Shown here: positions 49,997 through 63,980 of the stretch, one piece after another
Layout: the number at the start of each line of letters is the position of its first letter
Numbering within the stretch: position 1 is the first letter of the stretch
Origin: Anaeromyxobacteraceae bacterium
GTDB taxonomy: Bacteria; Myxococcota; Myxococcia; Myxococcales; Anaeromyxobacteraceae
Assembly: GCA_047602405.1 (NCBI GenBank)
Contig: JASGHJ010000002.1
Coordinates: 3,456,001 to 3,520,000 of the forward strand
Length of the DNA: 64,000 nucleotides
Reading direction: 5' to 3'
Made by a program: the position numbers and the translations under genes
Notes under the pieces: generated by a model
Told to the model about the DNA's origin: nothing
The model's input: only the letters and a program-made list of their open reading frames with translations
The model's database searches: none

Positions 49997-50062
49997 GCCC
50001 TCGAAGGTGGGGAGGGCGTGCTCGGCTGGGGAGTGCTCGGCGCCCGCGGAGCGGGCGGGCGA

Positions 50063-51437
50063 TCAGGCGTGGCCGACCGGCTCGGGGGTGCGGCGCCGCC
50101 CGCCCGCGCGGTACTCGCGCAGGCGGTACTGGATCTTCCGGACGGAGACGCCCAGCACCTCGGCCGCGCGGACCGAGGAGCCGCCCACCCGGTCGAGCGT
50201 GCGCAGGATGGCGTCCCGCTCGATCTCGAAGAGCGATCCCCCCGGTACGATCGCGACGTCGCCCCGCCCCGCGCAGGCGAGCGCCGGCGAGAGGCTCCCC
50301 ACCTCGAGCTCGGGCCCGGGCGAGCGGGCGACCGCGCGCTCGAGCTCGTCGGAGAGCTCCCGCACGTTGCCCGGCCAGTCGTGCGCGAACAGCGCCGAGA
50401 GCGCGCCGGGCGAGAGCGCCTCGACCTCGCGGCCGGCCCGGCGCGCGTGCCGCTCGAGGAAGTGCGCCGCGAGCGCGGGCAGGTCGCCGCGCCGGGCGCG
50501 CAGCGGGGGCAGCACGAGCGTGACGACCGCGAGCCGGTAGTAGAGGTCGGCGCGGAACCGGCCGGCGCGGACCTCCTCGGCGAGGTCGCCGGTGGCCGCC
50601 GCGACGAGCCGCACGTCGGCCGGGATCGTCTCCCGGGCGCCGAGGCGCTCGGCGTCGCCGGTCTGCAGCATCCGCAGGAGCTTCACCTGCGTGCCCATCG
50701 GGAGGCAGTTCACCTCCTCGAGGAGCAGCGTCCCGCCTTCAGCCTCCTCCACCGCGCCGATGCGGCGGTGGCGGCCACCCTCGAAGGCGCCCGGCTCGAC
50801 GCCGAAGAGCCCGCGCCTCGAGCATGGGCTCGGAGACCGCGGCGCAGGAGACCCGCACGAGCGGGCGGTGGCGGCGCGTGGAGGCCTCGTGGAGGAGCGC
50901 GCCGAAGTGGGTGCGGCCGGTGCCGGCCTCGCCCTGCACGAGCGCGGTGGCCTGGGTGGGCCCCGCGCGCGCGACCACGTCGAGCGCGGCCAGCAGCTCG
51001 GGGGATTCACCCACCGTCACGAGGCGTTCCGTGAGGGCCCGGCGGAGCTCCTCGCCCTCCCGCCGGAGCCGGCGCGACTCGAGCGCCCGCTCGAGCACGA
51101 GCGCGAGCTGCCCGCCCTCGAGCGGGCGCACCACGTACGCCTCGGCGCCCGCGGCGAGCGCCGCGACGGCCGGGCCGAGCTCACCCGCCGACGCCGTGAC
51201 GACGACCGCCGCGTCGGGCCGCGCCTCCCGCACGCGCTCCACCACGAGCGCGCCCTCCGCCTCCGGGAGGTCCGCCGGGACGATCACGGCGGCCGGCGCG
51301 AAGGTGGGCGCGAGGCCCAGGGCAGCGTCGAGCGACGCCGCCTCGCGCGCGTCGTGTCCGCGATCGCACAGCGCCGCGCGCAGGGTCGCGCCCCGCTCGG
51401 GATTGCCGTCGATCAAGAGCACGCGCGGACGTTCCAT
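50063..51437 (-). CDS. Degenerate NtrC-like sigma54 activator (apparent +1 frameshift at about 50811)
   Basis: [20 protein letters not shown]. Walker A is [14 protein letters not shown] is GAFEGG, and the receiver lacks canonical acidic residues. Confidence 0.8.
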
Positions 51438-51456
51438 GGGCGCCGGGCGCGCCAGG

Positions 51457-51472
51457 AGCAAGGCGTGTGCCC
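51457..51472 (-). promoter_or_regulatory. Sigma54 (-24/-12) promoter
   Basis: Minus strand gGGCACACGCCTTGCt = GG-N10-GC, about 20 nt before the ATG. Confidence 0.65.
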
Positions 51473-51639
51473 GGCCTCCGGGGGCCTTCGCGCTGCACGA
51501 ATTGCGCCCCGATCTCACCCACCGTGGCGCGTGCCCGGCTCCTCCGTGCGGAACCTCCCGCCCCGGCGGCGGAATTGGCCCTCCGGCGGGGGATGCACGC
51601 GCGGTCGCTCCCGCGCACCGGGCGCGCTATGGGGGAGGC

Positions 51640-52173
51640 ATGGCGCACACCTGGCTCGGCGGCCGGATCGCCCTCGTGGAGGGCGACCTCACCACGCTCG
51701 ACGTCGACGCGATCGTGAACGCGGCGAACGAGAGCCTGCTCGGCGGCGGCGGCGTGGACGGCGCGATCCACCGCGCGGCGGGCCCGGGGCTGCTCGAGGA
51801 GTGCCGGACGCTCGGCGGCTGCCGCACCGGCGAGGTGAAGGCGACGCGCGGCCACCGGCTGAAGGCGCGCTGGGTGCTGCACGCGGTCGGGCCGGTGTGG
51901 CGCGGCGGCGGCGCGGGAGAGGCCGGGCTCCTCGCGGGCTGCTACCGCGGCGCCCTCGCGCTCGCGCGGGAGCGGGGCCTCGGCTCGGTCGCGTTCCCGG
52001 CCATCTCGACGGGCGTGTACGGCTACCCGCTCGAGGCGGCGACCGAGGTGGCGGTGGCGACGGTGGTGGGGGAGCTTCGCGCCCACCCGGCGCCCGCGGA
52101 GGTCACCTTCGCGGTGTTCTCGGCGCGGGCCCGGGAGGCGTACGAGCGGGTGCTGTCCGCTCAGCGCTGGTAG
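51640..52173 (+). CDS. ymdB: Macrodomain O-acetyl-ADP-ribose deacetylase
   Basis: GDLT...[39 protein letters not shown]. Confidence 0.92.
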   Translation: MAHTWLGGRIALVEGDLTTLDVDAIVNAANESLLGGGGVDGAIHRAAGPGLLEECRTLGGCRTGEVKATRGHRLKARWVLHAVGPVWRGGGAGEAGLLAGCYRGALALARERGLGSVAFPAISTGVYGYPLEAATEVAVATVVGELRAHPAPAEVTFAVFSARAREAYERVLSAQRW

Positions 52174-52565
52174 GTCGACCCGCCCTGCGGCGGCGGCACG
52201 TAGTCGGCGGCGGGGAGCGCGCCGATCGAGCCGGGCGGGTTCGCGAGCGGGAACCGGGTCGCGTTGTCGGTCATGGCGAGCCCGATGAGCAGCGCCACGA
52301 AGACGAGCGAGGTCGCGAAGATCAGCCGGTTCGCGCCCTGCTGGTCGTACAGGTGCATGAAGAAGAGCGCGACGAGCGTGCCCTTCACCGACGCGATGCC
52401 GAGCGCGACGACGATGTTCCACGGCGTGTGCAGGTGCACCTTCGCCGCGGCGTAGGTGATGACCGTGAAGGCGAGGAGCGCGAGGAGCACACCCACGTAC
52501 CGCTTGAAGTGGGAGTGGTGCATCGCCTCGTGCTCTGCGTGAGAGGGGTGCGGGGAGTCGGCCAT
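52161..52565 (-). CDS. ctaF: caa3-type cytochrome c oxidase subunit IV
   Basis: [16 protein letters not shown]. Confidence 0.88.
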   Translation of the reverse strand: MADSPHPSHAEHEAMHHSHFKRYVGVLLALLAFTVITYAAAKVHLHTPWNIVVALGIASVKGTLVALFFMHLYDQQGANRLIFATSLVFVALLIGLAMTDNATRFPLANPPGSIGALPAADYVPPPQGGSTYQR

Positions 52566-52576
52566 GGTCTTGGCAC

Positions 52577-53210
52577 CTAAACCAGGTAGATGAGCGGGAA
52601 GACGAAGATCCAGACGAGGTCGACGAGGTGCCAGTACAGGCCGGCGAGCTCGACCGGCACGTAGTACGCCGCGGTGTACTTCCCGGCGCGGGCCTTGAGG
52701 GCGATGATCGCGAGCACGGTCATGCCGATCACCACGTGGATCGCGTGCAGGCCGGTGATGAGGTAGTAGAGCGAGAAGAAGATCGGGCCGCCGGGGCCGG
52801 GGCCGATCGCCTCCCAGGTGTAGTAGCGGCCCGGGAGCATCCCCTCGTGGAAGTGGTGCGAGTACTCGTACGCCTTGAAGCAGAGGAACACGACGCCGAG
52901 CAGCACCGAGAGGCCGAACAGGTAGAACGTGTTCCTCGGCTTCCCGAGCGCGGCCTGGTCGAGGCCCCAGGCCACCGTGAACGAGCTCACGATGAGGACG
53001 ACCGTGTTCGTCAGGCCGATGCTCGTGTGCAGGTGCCGGCTCGCCGCGGCGAAGGCGTCCGCGTAGAGGTACCGGTACACGCCGTACCCGGTGAACAGGC
53101 CCGCGAAGAGGAGCACCTCGGTGGCGAGGAACAGCCACATGCCGAGGCGCGCGGCGTGCTGCTGCTTCTCGAGGCTCTCGAAGTGGTGCGCGAGCGGGCT
53201 CGCGGCGGCG

Positions 53211-53221
<11 letters not shown>
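52577..53221 (-). CDS. ctaE: Cytochrome c oxidase subunit III
   Basis: GMWLFLATE; TGLHAIHV; LYWHLVDLVW. Confidence 0.93.
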
Positions 53222-54852
<1,631 letters not shown>

Positions 54853-54875
<23 letters not shown>

Positions 54876-55905
54876 AGGCGGGGCCCTCCGTCGGGCCGGA
54901 CCGGACGGTCGGCGTCCTCAACGACTTGATGTACTCGACGACCGCCGCGACCTCGGGCGGGCTCATCTTGCCCTGGTACGTCGGCATCACGTTCTGGTAG
55001 CCGTCCACGATCTGGGCGGCCGGGTCCATCATCGACTTCGTCAGGTAGCCCTCGTCGGCCACCTGCATCTTCCCGTCCTTCATCTTCTGGTTGCGGAGGT
55101 ACAGGTCCACCCAGGTCGGGCCGATGTGGCGCGAGCCGTCGACCGAGTGGCACTTGAGGCAGCCCTGCTCCGCGGCGACGCGGCGGCCCTCCTCCACGAC
55201 GTTCGAGCCGAGGAGCGTGCGGCCGACGCCCGGCATCGAGTCCTGCGCCGAGGCGAGGTCGTAGCGCCGCTGCTCGGCGACCCACTGGTCGTACTCGGCC
55301 TCGGGCATCACGATGAGCTCGCCGAGCATCGCCGAGTGGCCGGTGCCGCAGAACTCCGCGCAGAAGATGTCGTAGCGGCCGACCTGATCGGCCTTGAACC
55401 ACGTCTGCGTGTAGCGGCCCGGGAGCGCGTCCATCTTGATGCGCATCGCCGGGATGTACATGGAGTGGATCACGTCGCGCGAGGTGATGAGGAGCCGCAC
55501 CGGGCGGTTCACGGGTACGCGCAGCGTGTCGACCGAGTTCGGGCCGCCCGGGTACGCGAACTTCCACATCCACTTCTTGCCCTGGACGTAGACGTCCATC
55601 GCGTCCTGCGGCGGCAGGGTCAGCTTGATGAACTGCGGGAAGCCGATCGCGAACCAGAGCAGGAAGAGCGCGAGCGGGGCGCCGACGAAGATCGCCTCGT
55701 GCATCGCGGTCGGGTGGACCCACGGCGTCTTGTCGTCCTCGCTGCGCCGCCGGTACTTCACGAAGAAGTAGAGCGCGGTCGCGAACACGCCGAAGGCGCC
55801 CAGCATCGTCATGATGATGACGAAGTAGTGGAGCTGGTCGACCTGGCGGGCGTACTCGGACGCCTGCGGGGGGAGGAACAGCAACTGTCTCATCAGCTCG
55901 TTCAT
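54853..55905 (-). CDS. ctaC: Cytochrome c oxidase subunit II with C-terminal cytochrome c
   Basis: DVIHS, CAEFCGTGHSAM (CuA), CLKCH heme motif. Confidence 0.94.
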
Positions 55906-56795
55906 GCCGTCTGCCTCGCCTTCGCGCGCCGCTCCCGCACGACCAGCCCGACGATGAGGCCGGTCAGCGCGAGCAGCACGAGCGCCGCCCCGGCGCGCAC
56001 GAAGCCCATCGCGTAGGGCTCGTACCTCCGGGAGGCGGGGTCGTATCGGTAACAGGTGAGGAGGAACCGGTCGAAGCTGGTCCCGACCTTGCCCTCGGAC
56101 GCCTCCACCACCGCGAGGCGGAAGTCCTTGGGCGGGTACTCGATGCCGTACAGGTACCGCGACACCCTGCCGTCCGGGGTGAGCACGAAGATGGCGGCGA
56201 CGTGCGCCCACTCCTTGCGCGCCTCGTCCCAGGCGTAGTGGAAGCCGACCGCGTCGGCGAGCGCGCGCGACGCCTCGCCCGTCGCGACGAGGAACGGCCA
56301 GTCCTTCCCGTTCTGGTGATCGGCGACGCCGAGCGACTGCAGGTAGCCGCGGCGCCGCTCCCCCGCCTGCGCCGGCTTCTCGCGGGGGTCGAAGGAGATG
56401 GTGACCGCCTGGTAGTCCTTGCCGAGCGTGAGGCCGTTCTTCCGCATCGCCTCGGCCTGCCCGGAGAGGATGAGGCCGCAGAGCATCGGGCAGTCGTAGT
56501 AGACGAGCGAGACCACGAGCGGCCGGTGGCCGTCCGCGATCGAGCGGAGGTCGAAGGGCTGACCGTTCCAGTCCACGAGCCCCTTCACGTCGAGGGGCAC
56601 CGCGTTGCCGAGCCGCTCCTCGATCCGGACGTCCTCGAGCGCCTTCGGCGTGGCGTCGGTGGGCGTGCCCTCCATCGGGCGGTGCTGCCAGAACTGGGCG
56701 TGCGCGGGCGCGGCGCCGGCGAGGCCGGCGGCGAGCACCGCGGCGGCCGCCCAGCGGGAGCCGTTCGCTCCGCGGCCCGGAAGCGCAGGCGTCAC
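55902..56795 (-). CDS. SCO1/SenC family protein
   Basis: YYDCPMLC; H.AAIFVLTPDGRVSRYLYG. Confidence 0.9.
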   Translation of the reverse strand: MTPALPGRGANGSRWAAAAVLAAGLAGAAPAHAQFWQHRPMEGTPTDATPKALEDVRIEERLGNAVPLDVKGLVDWNGQPFDLRSIADGHRPLVVSLVYYDCPMLCGLILSGQAEAMRKNGLTLGKDYQAVTISFDPREKPAQAGERRRGYLQSLGVADHQNGKDWPFLVATGEASRALADAVGFHYAWDEARKEWAHVAAIFVLTPDGRVSRYLYGIEYPPKDFRLAVVEASEGKVGTSFDRFLLTCYRYDPASRRYEPYAMGFVRAGAALVLLALTGLIVGLVVRERRAKARQTA

Positions 56796-57199
56796 GGCTG
56801 CCCTCCCGGGGCGGCCGCCTGCCCCGCGCGGCGGCCCTGCGAGACGAGCTCCATCGCGCGGTCGATGGGCATGTGGACCGTGCCGGCGTCGCGATCGACC
56901 CAGCCCCACGTCGCCAGGCGCTCGCGCTTCGAGGCCGCCTGGCGCTCGCCGCGGACCGCCACGTCGAAGTAGTCCTGCTCGACCATTCCGATCTTCGACT
57001 TGCCCGCCTCGGTGGCCGCGGCGAGCGGGCCGTGCTCGGCCTGGCGGCCGTGCAGGTAGTGGATCGCGACGGCGCTGGCGACGAGGAACACGACGAGGGA
57101 CGCCACGCCGACGAAGACGATCGTCGGGGTGTGGATGCGGTCGTCTTCCTGGCGGACGGGCTCGTGCCCGCCGTGGGCGGATGCGTGGGCGTCGCTCAT
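56792..57199 (-). CDS. ActG-like subunit of alternative complex III
   Basis: Single TM; WGWVDRDAGTVHMPIDRAM; positioned between actF and sco. Confidence 0.7.
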   Translation of the reverse strand: MSDAHASAHGGHEPVRQEDDRIHTPTIVFVGVASLVVFLVASAVAIHYLHGRQAEHGPLAAATEAGKSKIGMVEQDYFDVAVRGERQAASKRERLATWGWVDRDAGTVHMPIDRAMELVSQGRRAGQAAAPGGQP

Positions 57200-58382
57200 T
57201 GCGGCAGGTACCTCAGCGAGTCGTCGAGGTAAGGATCGCGGACCGGCACCGACGCCGAGCCGCGCATGCGGAGGATGAGGAAGGCCGCGGCCGCGCCGCC
57301 CACGCCGACCCACGCCGCGAGATCCCACAGCGTGAACCGCGGCCCGGCGGCGTCGAGGTGCGGCATGACCAGCCAGTACACGTCGATCCAGTGGACGAAG
57401 AAGCAGCCACACCGCCACGCGGGCGAGGCGGACCGGCTCGCGCTTGCGGTCGCGGGAGAGGAGCAGGAAGAACGGCACGAGGAAGTGGAAGATCGCGAGG
57501 AACGCGCCGACCCACTTCCAGCCGCCGTTGATCCGGAGCACGTACCAGGGCACCTCCTCCGGGACGTTCGCGATCCAGATCAGCATGAACTGGCTGAACG
57601 CGATGTAGGCCCAGAAGGCGGTGAAGGCGAGCAGGAACTTGCCGAGCGAGTGGAGGTGCTCGGCGGAGAGGTGGTGGCCGAAGCCGTTCGGGTCGTTCCG
57701 GGTCATCGCCGCGGCGATGATGATCACGGCGAAGGCGCACATGAAGCCGCCCGCGAACCAGTAGACGCCGAAGATGGTCGAGAAGAAGCGCGGGTCGAGC
57801 GACATCATCCAGTCGAACGACGCGAACGTCATGGTGAGCGCGAGGAGCGGCAGCGCGCCCGCGCCGAGCCGGCGCTGCTTGAGCGTGAGCCCCGGGTCGC
57901 CGCTCCGGTCCTGCTCGAGCGACCAGGAGCGGAGCAGCCAGGCCACGACGATCCAGACCGCGAAGTACCCGACCGCCCGCCACGTGAAGAACGCGGTGTT
58001 GAGGTACGGGTGCTTGTGGTGGATGGCGTGCTCCATCACCGGGTCGAGGCCCGCGGGCGGCGAGACCCACACGAAGAGCGAGCCCCGCGCGAGCCAGAAT
58101 CGGGACGAAGAGCACCGCGAAGAGCACGATCGTCGCGGGCAGGTGCTCCATGAAGCGGCGGGCGACCACCGGCCACTTCGCCGAGGCGGCGTGGAGCGCG
58201 CCGAGGAGGATGAGCGACGCGACCGCGACCGCGCACCAGGTGGTGAACGCGACGAGGTAGCTGAAGGCCGCGCGCCGCGGGTCGACGAAGGCGCCCACGG
58301 CGGTGACGCCGAGGCCGGCGACGGCGGCGATGAGCGCGTTGCGCAGGCCGGTCTTGCCGCCCTGCCAGGGGGTGAGGTTCAT
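57196..58382 (-). CDS. actF: Alternative complex III membrane subunit ActF (apparent +1 frameshifts at about 58098 and 57401)
   Basis: FDWMMSLDPRFFSTIFG; FWAYIAFSQFMLIWIANVPEE; HWIDVYWLVMP after correction. Confidence 0.85.
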
Positions 58383-58963
58383 CGCGCCTCCCCCTCGAGC
58401 TTCGCGCGCTCGGCGGCGGGCGCGTCGGCGACGCCGGCGGCCTGCGAGAGCTGCAGCGCGCGGACGTAGCCGACCACGGCCCAGCGATCCTGCTCGCCGA
58501 GCTCGCGGGCGTAGCCCGGCATGAGGCCGAAGCCGTGGGTCACGACGTCGTAGAGGTAGCCGTCCGCCGCGTCGCGGTAGACCGGCTGGTGGAGGTTCGG
58601 CGGCTTGCGCAGGGACATGTTGAGGGCGAGCTGGCTCTCGCCGTCGCCGAGGACCCCGTGGCAGACGGCGCAGTGGATGTCGAACTTCTTGCGGCCTCGG
58701 GCGAGCGCCGCCGCGTCGAGCGCGACCGGCGCGGCCTTCACGTACTGGCCGTCCTCGCCGCGGCCGGTCATCACCGGGGCGGCCGAGATGGAGCGGAACT
58801 GCACCGTGCCGGCGGGCGGCGCGCGCATCGAGAGGCCGTCCGCGTGCTGCGGATCCTCCTGGTACGCCTTCGCCTTCGGCTGGCGCCACATCGGGTCGAG
58901 GCTCGGGCAGCCCGCGAGGAGCGGGAGGAGGGCGAGCCCGAGGAGCGCGGAGGTCCGGTTCAT
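58379..58963 (-). CDS. actE: Alternative complex III monoheme cytochrome c lipoprotein ActE
   Basis: Lipobox LAGC; M..QPK; CAVCHG; MPGY; DRWAVVGYVRALQ. Confidence 0.9.
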   Translation of the reverse strand: MNRTSALLGLALLPLLAGCPSLDPMWRQPKAKAYQEDPQHADGLSMRAPPAGTVQFRSISAAPVMTGRGEDGQYVKAAPVALDAAALARGRKKFDIHCAVCHGVLGDGESQLALNMSLRKPPNLHQPVYRDAADGYLYDVVTHGFGLMPGYARELGEQDRWAVVGYVRALQLSQAAGVADAPAAERAKLEGEAR

Positions 58964-59484
58964 CGCGTGCCCTCCGGGACGATCGAGACCTGGCGCGCGC
59001 CGAGCTTCCGGAGCTCCGCCGCGACCGCCTCGGCGTCGCCGTCGACGGCGGCCGAGAGCCACAGCCCGTCGATGGACGCGGAGCGGAACGCCTCCACCTC
59101 GAACACCGGGTGGTGGAGCCGCGGGAACCCGAAGTAGAACCCGAGCAGCCCGAAGAAGATGGTGCCCGAGGCGAAGAGCACGCCGAGCTCGAAGGTGACG
59201 GGGATGAACGCCGGGGCGCTGTGGGGCGGGCGGCCGCCGACGTTGAGCGGCCAGTCGATGGCCGACACGTAGAGCTGCAGGAGGTACCCCGTGATCGCGC
59301 CGGTCAGGCCGGCGGCGAGCGCCACCAGCGGCACGGTGGAGCGCTTGAGGCCGAGGGCCTCGTCCGAGCCGTGCAGCGGGTATGGCGAGTGGAGGTCCAC
59401 GGTGGTCCCGGGGCGCGTGCGCAGCGCGCGGGCCGCCCCGAGGAGCGCCTCCTCGCGCTCGAACTCTCCGAGCACGTAGTTCAT
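58960..59484 (-). CDS. actD: Alternative complex III subunit ActD (DUF3341)
   Basis: [29 protein letters not shown]. Confidence 0.9.
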   Translation of the reverse strand: MNYVLGEFEREEALLGAARALRTRPGTTVDLHSPYPLHGSDEALGLKRSTVPLVALAAGLTGAITGYLLQLYVSAIDWPLNVGGRPPHSAPAFIPVTFELGVLFASGTIFFGLLGFYFGFPRLHHPVFEVEAFRSASIDGLWLSAAVDGDAEAVAAELRKLGARQVSIVPEGTR

Positions 59485-60921
59485 GAGTGGCTCCCGGTGT
59501 TGCCCGCCGCGCCGTGGGCCGCCGCCCCACCCCCAGGAACATGGCCGGCGTGCTCGAGCTCGCGCCGGAGCTCCTTGACCTCGAAGATCGGGATCGCCGG
59601 CAGGAAGCGGAGGAAGAGGAGGAACAGGACGCCGAAGGTCGCCATGGAGCCGAGGAAGAGGCCCCAGTCGACCCAGGTCGGGTAGTACATCGCCCAGGAC
59701 GAGGTGATGAAATCGCGGCTGAGCGAGACGGCGATGATGATGAACCGCTCGGCCCACATGCCGACGTTGATGAAGATCGACGCGACGAAGAGGACGAACT
59801 CGTTCCGGCGCGCCCACTTGAACCAGAAGATCTGCGGCGTCACCACGTTGCAGAACAGCTGCATGTACCAGATGCCCGCGTAGGGCCCGGTCCAGCGGTT
59901 GTAGAACGCGAACGCCTCGTTGGCCGAGCCGGAGTACCACGCCATGAAGTGCTCCATGGCGTAGCCGTAGGAGACCATCATGCCGGTCACGAGGATCACC
60001 TTCGACATGTTCTCGAGGTGACGCTCGGTGATGACCTGGCCGTAGCCGAGGACCCGGCGCGCCGGGATCATGAGCGTGAGCACCATCGCGAAGCCGGAGA
60101 AGATGGCGCCGGCGACGAAGTAGGGCGGGAAGATGGTGGTGTGCCAGCCCGGGAGCTGGGAGATGGCGAAGTCGAACGACACGATCGTGTGCACCGAGAC
60201 CACGAGCGGCGTCGAGAGGCCGGCGAGGAGCAGGTACCCGATGCGGTAGTGCTGCCAGTGGCGGGCCGAGCCGCGCCAGCCGAAGCACATGATGCCGTAC
60301 ACGATCCGCTGGGTGCGGTTCTTCGCGGCGTCGCGCAGCGTGGCGAGGTCGGGGATGAGGCCGAGGTACCAGAAGAGGAAGGACACGCTCGCGTAGGTCG
60401 AGATCGCGAACACGTCCCACGGCAGCGCCGACTTGAAGTTCGGCCAGATCTGGTTGGTCGACGGGTACGGGAAGAGCCACCACGCGAACCAGGGCCGGCC
60501 GAGGTGGAGCACCGGGTAGAGACCGGCCATCGCCACCGCGAAGAGGGTCATCGCCTCCGCGAAGCGGTTGATGGAGGTGCGCCACTTCTGCTGGAAGAGG
60601 CAGCAGGATCGCCGAGATCAGCGTGCCGGCGTGGCCGATGCCGATCCACCAGACGAAGTTGGTGATGTCGAAGGCCCAGGCGATGGGGATGTTGTTGCCC
60701 CAGGCGCCGATGCCGACGAACAGCGTGGTGACGAGCGAGAGCGCCCAGAACCCGACGCCGCCCATGAGCAGGGTGACGAGGATGATCCAGCCCTTCCGCG
60801 TCGGCCCGAGGACCGGCGCGAGCAGGCTGTCGGTGAGCTCCCGGTCGCTCGGGTTCCCCACCAGCACCGGGGCGCCCTCGAGCGCGTGCACTTCCTCGAT
60901 GGTCTTCGTGGCGGTGCTCAT
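59481..60921 (-). CDS. actC: Alternative complex III quinol-binding subunit ActC (NrfD family; apparent +1 frameshift at about 60599)
   Basis: [62 protein letters not shown]. Confidence 0.92.
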
Positions 60922-63900
60922 GCGAGGTCGGGGTTCGGGTTCCGGAGCTTGACGAGGTACGCCGTGCGCGGGCGGGTCCCCAGCTCGTGGAGCAGGTTGT
61001 AGCGGCGCGCGTCGCCGTGCAGCTTCGCCACCTTCGAGGACGGGTCGTTGAGGTTGCCGAACACGATCGCGTCGGCAGGGCAGGCCTGGCCGCAGGCCGG
61101 GACCACCTCGTCGCCGCCGATCTTCCGGCCGGACGCGCGGGCGTCGATCCGCACGCGCTCGATGCGCTGCGTGCAGTACGTGCACTTCTCCATCACGCCG
61201 CGGCTCCGGACGGTGACGTCCGGGTTCATGAGCATGCGCAGCGTCGGGGCCGGGTCCTGGTGGTAGTCCAGGTAGTTGAAGCGCCGGACCTTGTACGGGC
61301 AGTTGTTGGAGCAGTACCGCGTGCCGACGCAGCGGTTGTAGACCATCGTGTTGAGGCCGTCCTCGGAGTGGACGGTCGCGTTCACGGGGCAGACGTACTC
61401 GCAGGGCGCCGCCTCGCAGTGCACGCAGGCGAGCGGCTGGGAGACCGACTCCGGCTCCTCGATCGAGCCCTGGTAGTAGCGGTCGACGCGGAGCCAGTGC
61501 ATCTCGCGGCTGCGGGCGACCTCCTTCTTGCCCACCACCGGGATGTTGTTCTCGGCCTGGCAGGCCACGGTGCAGGCGCCGCAGCCGATGCACTTCGAGA
61601 GGTCGATCGACATCCCCCAGGAGACCTCCTCCTTGGAGTAGTCGACCGCGCCGAGGATGTCGGGCTGGGCGCCGCGGAGCCTCTCGAGCTTCGCCTGCTC
61701 CTCCTCGAGGTGGTGCGCCGGCAGCGCGATGGCGAGCTCGCGGTCCTCCTTCGAGAGGCCGTCGTTCATCGTGAAGTGACCCTGGGTGACGGCGAGCTCG
61801 ACCTTCCGGCCCACCTTCTCGAGGGTCGCCCCGCCCGCGTACCAGGGGGCCTCCGCGGTGCGCAGCGCGTAGGCGTCGAAGCCGGAGCCCCCGCCCACCG
61901 CGCCTCCCGCGCGCTGGCCGTAGCCGAGCGCGAGGCTGACCGCGTCGTCGGCGTGGCCCGGCACGACGAGCGCCGGGGCCTCCACCGTGCGGCCGGCGCG
62001 GGAGAGCCTCACGACGTCGCCGTCGGCGACGCCGAGCTTCTTCGCGGTGGCCGCCGAGAGGTGCGCCGCGTTCTCCCAGGTGAGCTTCGTCACCGGGTGC
62101 GGCCACTCCTGCATCCAGGCGTTGTCGGCGAGCCGGCCGTCGAGGACCTTGTAGTCCGGCGCGAAGCCGAGCTCGAGGCCGCCGTTCGCCGCCGGGGCGG
62201 CGGGGGCCGCCGCGACCGCGGCCGCGACCTTCGCGAAGTCGCAGGCGGGCGCCTCGGGGGCCTTCGGCGCGCCGACCGACGCGAGGCCGGCGGAGAGCCA
62301 CTCGGCCCACCGGCGCTCGAACGCATCGGCCGGCCTCGGCAGGTTGCCGTCGACCCCGGCGACCGCGGCCGCGGAGCCGCCCGTGGGGAGCGGCGCGGCC
62401 GGGAAGCCGCCGCGGCGCCGCCAGGCGTCCTTGACGAGCTTGTGGCCGCCGGTCTCGAGCGCGCCCTCGTCGACGAGGGCGGCCATGAGGTCGAGCTCGG
62501 TCGTGCCCTCCACGAGCGGCGCGACGAGCGGCTGGACGATGGAGGCCTGGCCGTCCCGGGCGCGGAGGTCGCCCCAGCGCTCGAGCGGGTGGAGCGCCGC
62601 GAGCCGGAACTGCGCCGCGCGGGCGGTCTCGTCGTCGCGGTACGCGAGGGCGACGACCTCCTTCGCCTTCCCCACCGCCGTGCGCAGGTCGGCGTCGGCC
62701 GGCGCGGTGTGGAGCGGGTTCCAGGCGGTGACGAACAGGACGTCGACCGCGCCGGCGCGGAGCTCGTCGGCGAGCGCCTTCACGGCCGCGGCGCTCGAGG
62801 GCTCCACGACGGGCGCGTGGTAGAAGACGGTCACGCCGACGTTGCCGAGCGCGGCGTTCATCGCGGCGGCGAGCGCGTGCACCGCGGCGGGCTGGCGCGC
62901 GCCGGCGACGACGAGCGAGCGGCCCGGCGCCGAGGCGAGGTCCTTCGCGACCGCCGCGGCGACCTTCGCGCGGTCGCCGGCAGGGCCGCCCGCGGCGGCG
63001 AGCGCGCCCTGGCCGTGGGCCTGCGCGAGCGCGCCGGCGACGGCCCGGGCGAACGCGAGCACCTCGGAGCCCCGCATGCGGAAGCGGTGGTCCGCGGAGC
63101 CGCCGGTCACCGTCATGTCCGGCTCGGCGACGTAGAGCCGGTTGAGGTGGACGTCGGCGCGGCGGGAGGCGAACCCGCGCGCGTGGCGGACGTGCTCGCC
63201 CTCGCGGCCGAGGAAGTCGGCGTCGAGGGAGAGGATCACGTCGGCGCGCGCGACGTCGTAGGTCGGCTCGAGCGGCCGCCCGAAGGCGGCGGCGGTGCCC
63301 GCGCCGGCCTCGCCGGCGGTGGCGGACCAGGCAACGAGCTTCGCCCTCGGGAAGCGGGCGAGCACCTTCGCCCGGTACTCGGCGAGCGTCGGCGAGCTCG
63401 TGGGCTCGACCAGGAACCGGAGGCGAGCGCCGCCGTCCTTGTCGTGCGCCTTCGCGAGCGCGGAGAGCTCGGCGAGCACGCCGGGCCAGGTGAGCGCCCG
63501 CTGGGCGCGCGTCGAGGCCGATGCGCGGCGGAAGCCCGTGACGCGGGAGGGCTCGTAGAGCTCGAGCACCTGCGCCTGCGTCGGCGCGTCGGTGCCGCCG
63601 AGGCTCGCGCGGTGGTCGGGGTTGCCCTCGATCTTCGTGGGCTTCCCCTCCCAGCTCGTGACCACGAGGCCGACGGCGTGGCCGTCGAGCTCCATCGCGG
63701 TCGCGTAGTGGTTCGCGAGCGTGGGCGTCACGCCCTGCGGCGCCGAGACGTACGGGACGAGCTTCTCCCGCGGCGGACGGCAGGCGTCGAGCGTGGCGAG
63801 CGCGGCGGAGGCGCCGAGCAGCTTCATGAAGCCGCGACGCGACCAGCCGTCGGCGGGGGCGGCGTCGCCGTGCGGCGCCGCGAGGGACTCGGCGGCGCCC

Positions 63901-63980
63901 TCGGCCTCCGCGATCGTGCGCCAGGGGCGCTCGGTCGCGGCCGGCTTCTGTCCGTAGATGGGAAGGCCTAGCGATGGCAT
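60918..63980 (-). CDS. actB: Alternative complex III subunit ActB (Tat-exported molybdopterin-oxidoreductase-like plus Fe-S domain)
   Basis: SRRGFMK Tat motif; [45 protein letters not shown]. Confidence 0.93.
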   Translation of the reverse strand: MPSLGLPIYGQKPAATERPWRTIAEAEGAAESLAAPHGDAAPADGWSRRGFMKLLGASAALATLDACRPPREKLVPYVSAPQGVTPTLANHYATAMELDGHAVGLVVTSWEGKPTKIEGNPDHRASLGGTDAPTQAQVLELYEPSRVTGFRRASASTRAQRALTWPGVLAELSALAKAHDKDGGARLRFLVEPTSSPTLAEYRAKVLARFPRAKLVAWSATAGEAGAGTAAAFGRPLEPTYDVARADVILSLDADFLGREGEHVRHARGFASRRADVHLNRLYVAEPDMTVTGGSADHRFRMRGSEVLAFARAVAGALAQAHGQGALAAAGGPAGDRAKVAAAVAKDLASAPGRSLVVAGARQPAAVHALAAAMNAALGNVGVTVFYHAPVVEPSSAAAVKALADELRAGAVDVLFVTAWNPLHTAPADADLRTAVGKAKEVVALAYRDDETARAAQFRLAALHPLERWGDLRARDGQASIVQPLVAPLVEGTTELDLMAALVDEGALETGGHKLVKDAWRRRGGFPAAPLPTGGSAAAVAGVDGNLPRPADAFERRWAEWLSAGLASVGAPKAPEAPACDFAKVAAAVAAAPAAPAANGGLELGFAPDYKVLDGRLADNAWMQEWPHPVTKLTWENAAHLSAATAKKLGVADGDVVRLSRAGRTVEAPALVVPGHADDAVSLALGYGQRAGGAVGGGSGFDAYALRTAEAPWYAGGATLEKVGRKVELAVTQGHFTMNDGLSKEDRELAIALPAHHLEEEQAKLERLRGAQPDILGAVDYSKEEVSWGMSIDLSKCIGCGACTVACQAENNIPVVGKKEVARSREMHWLRVDRYYQGSIEEPESVSQPLACVHCEAAPCEYVCPVNATVHSEDGLNTMVYNRCVGTRYCSNNCPYKVRRFNYLDYHQDPAPTLRMLMNPDVTVRSRGVMEKCTYCTQRIERVRIDARASGRKIGGDEVVPACGQACPADAIVFGNLNDPSSKVAKLHGDARRYNLLHELGTRPRTAYLVKLRNPNPDLA

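Noticed and set aside
51640..52173. Macrodomain gene as part of a defence or toxin-antitoxin system
   Set aside because: Stand-alone YmdB type with no adjacent ADP-ribosyltransferase, sirtuin or DarT gene.
57196..60921. actC/actF (and recQ, ABC-F, ntrC-like) as true pseudogenes or programmed frameshifts
   Set aside because: Each is fixed by removing one base at a recurring motif, with no other decay and no slippery heptamer; a sequencing artefact is more likely.
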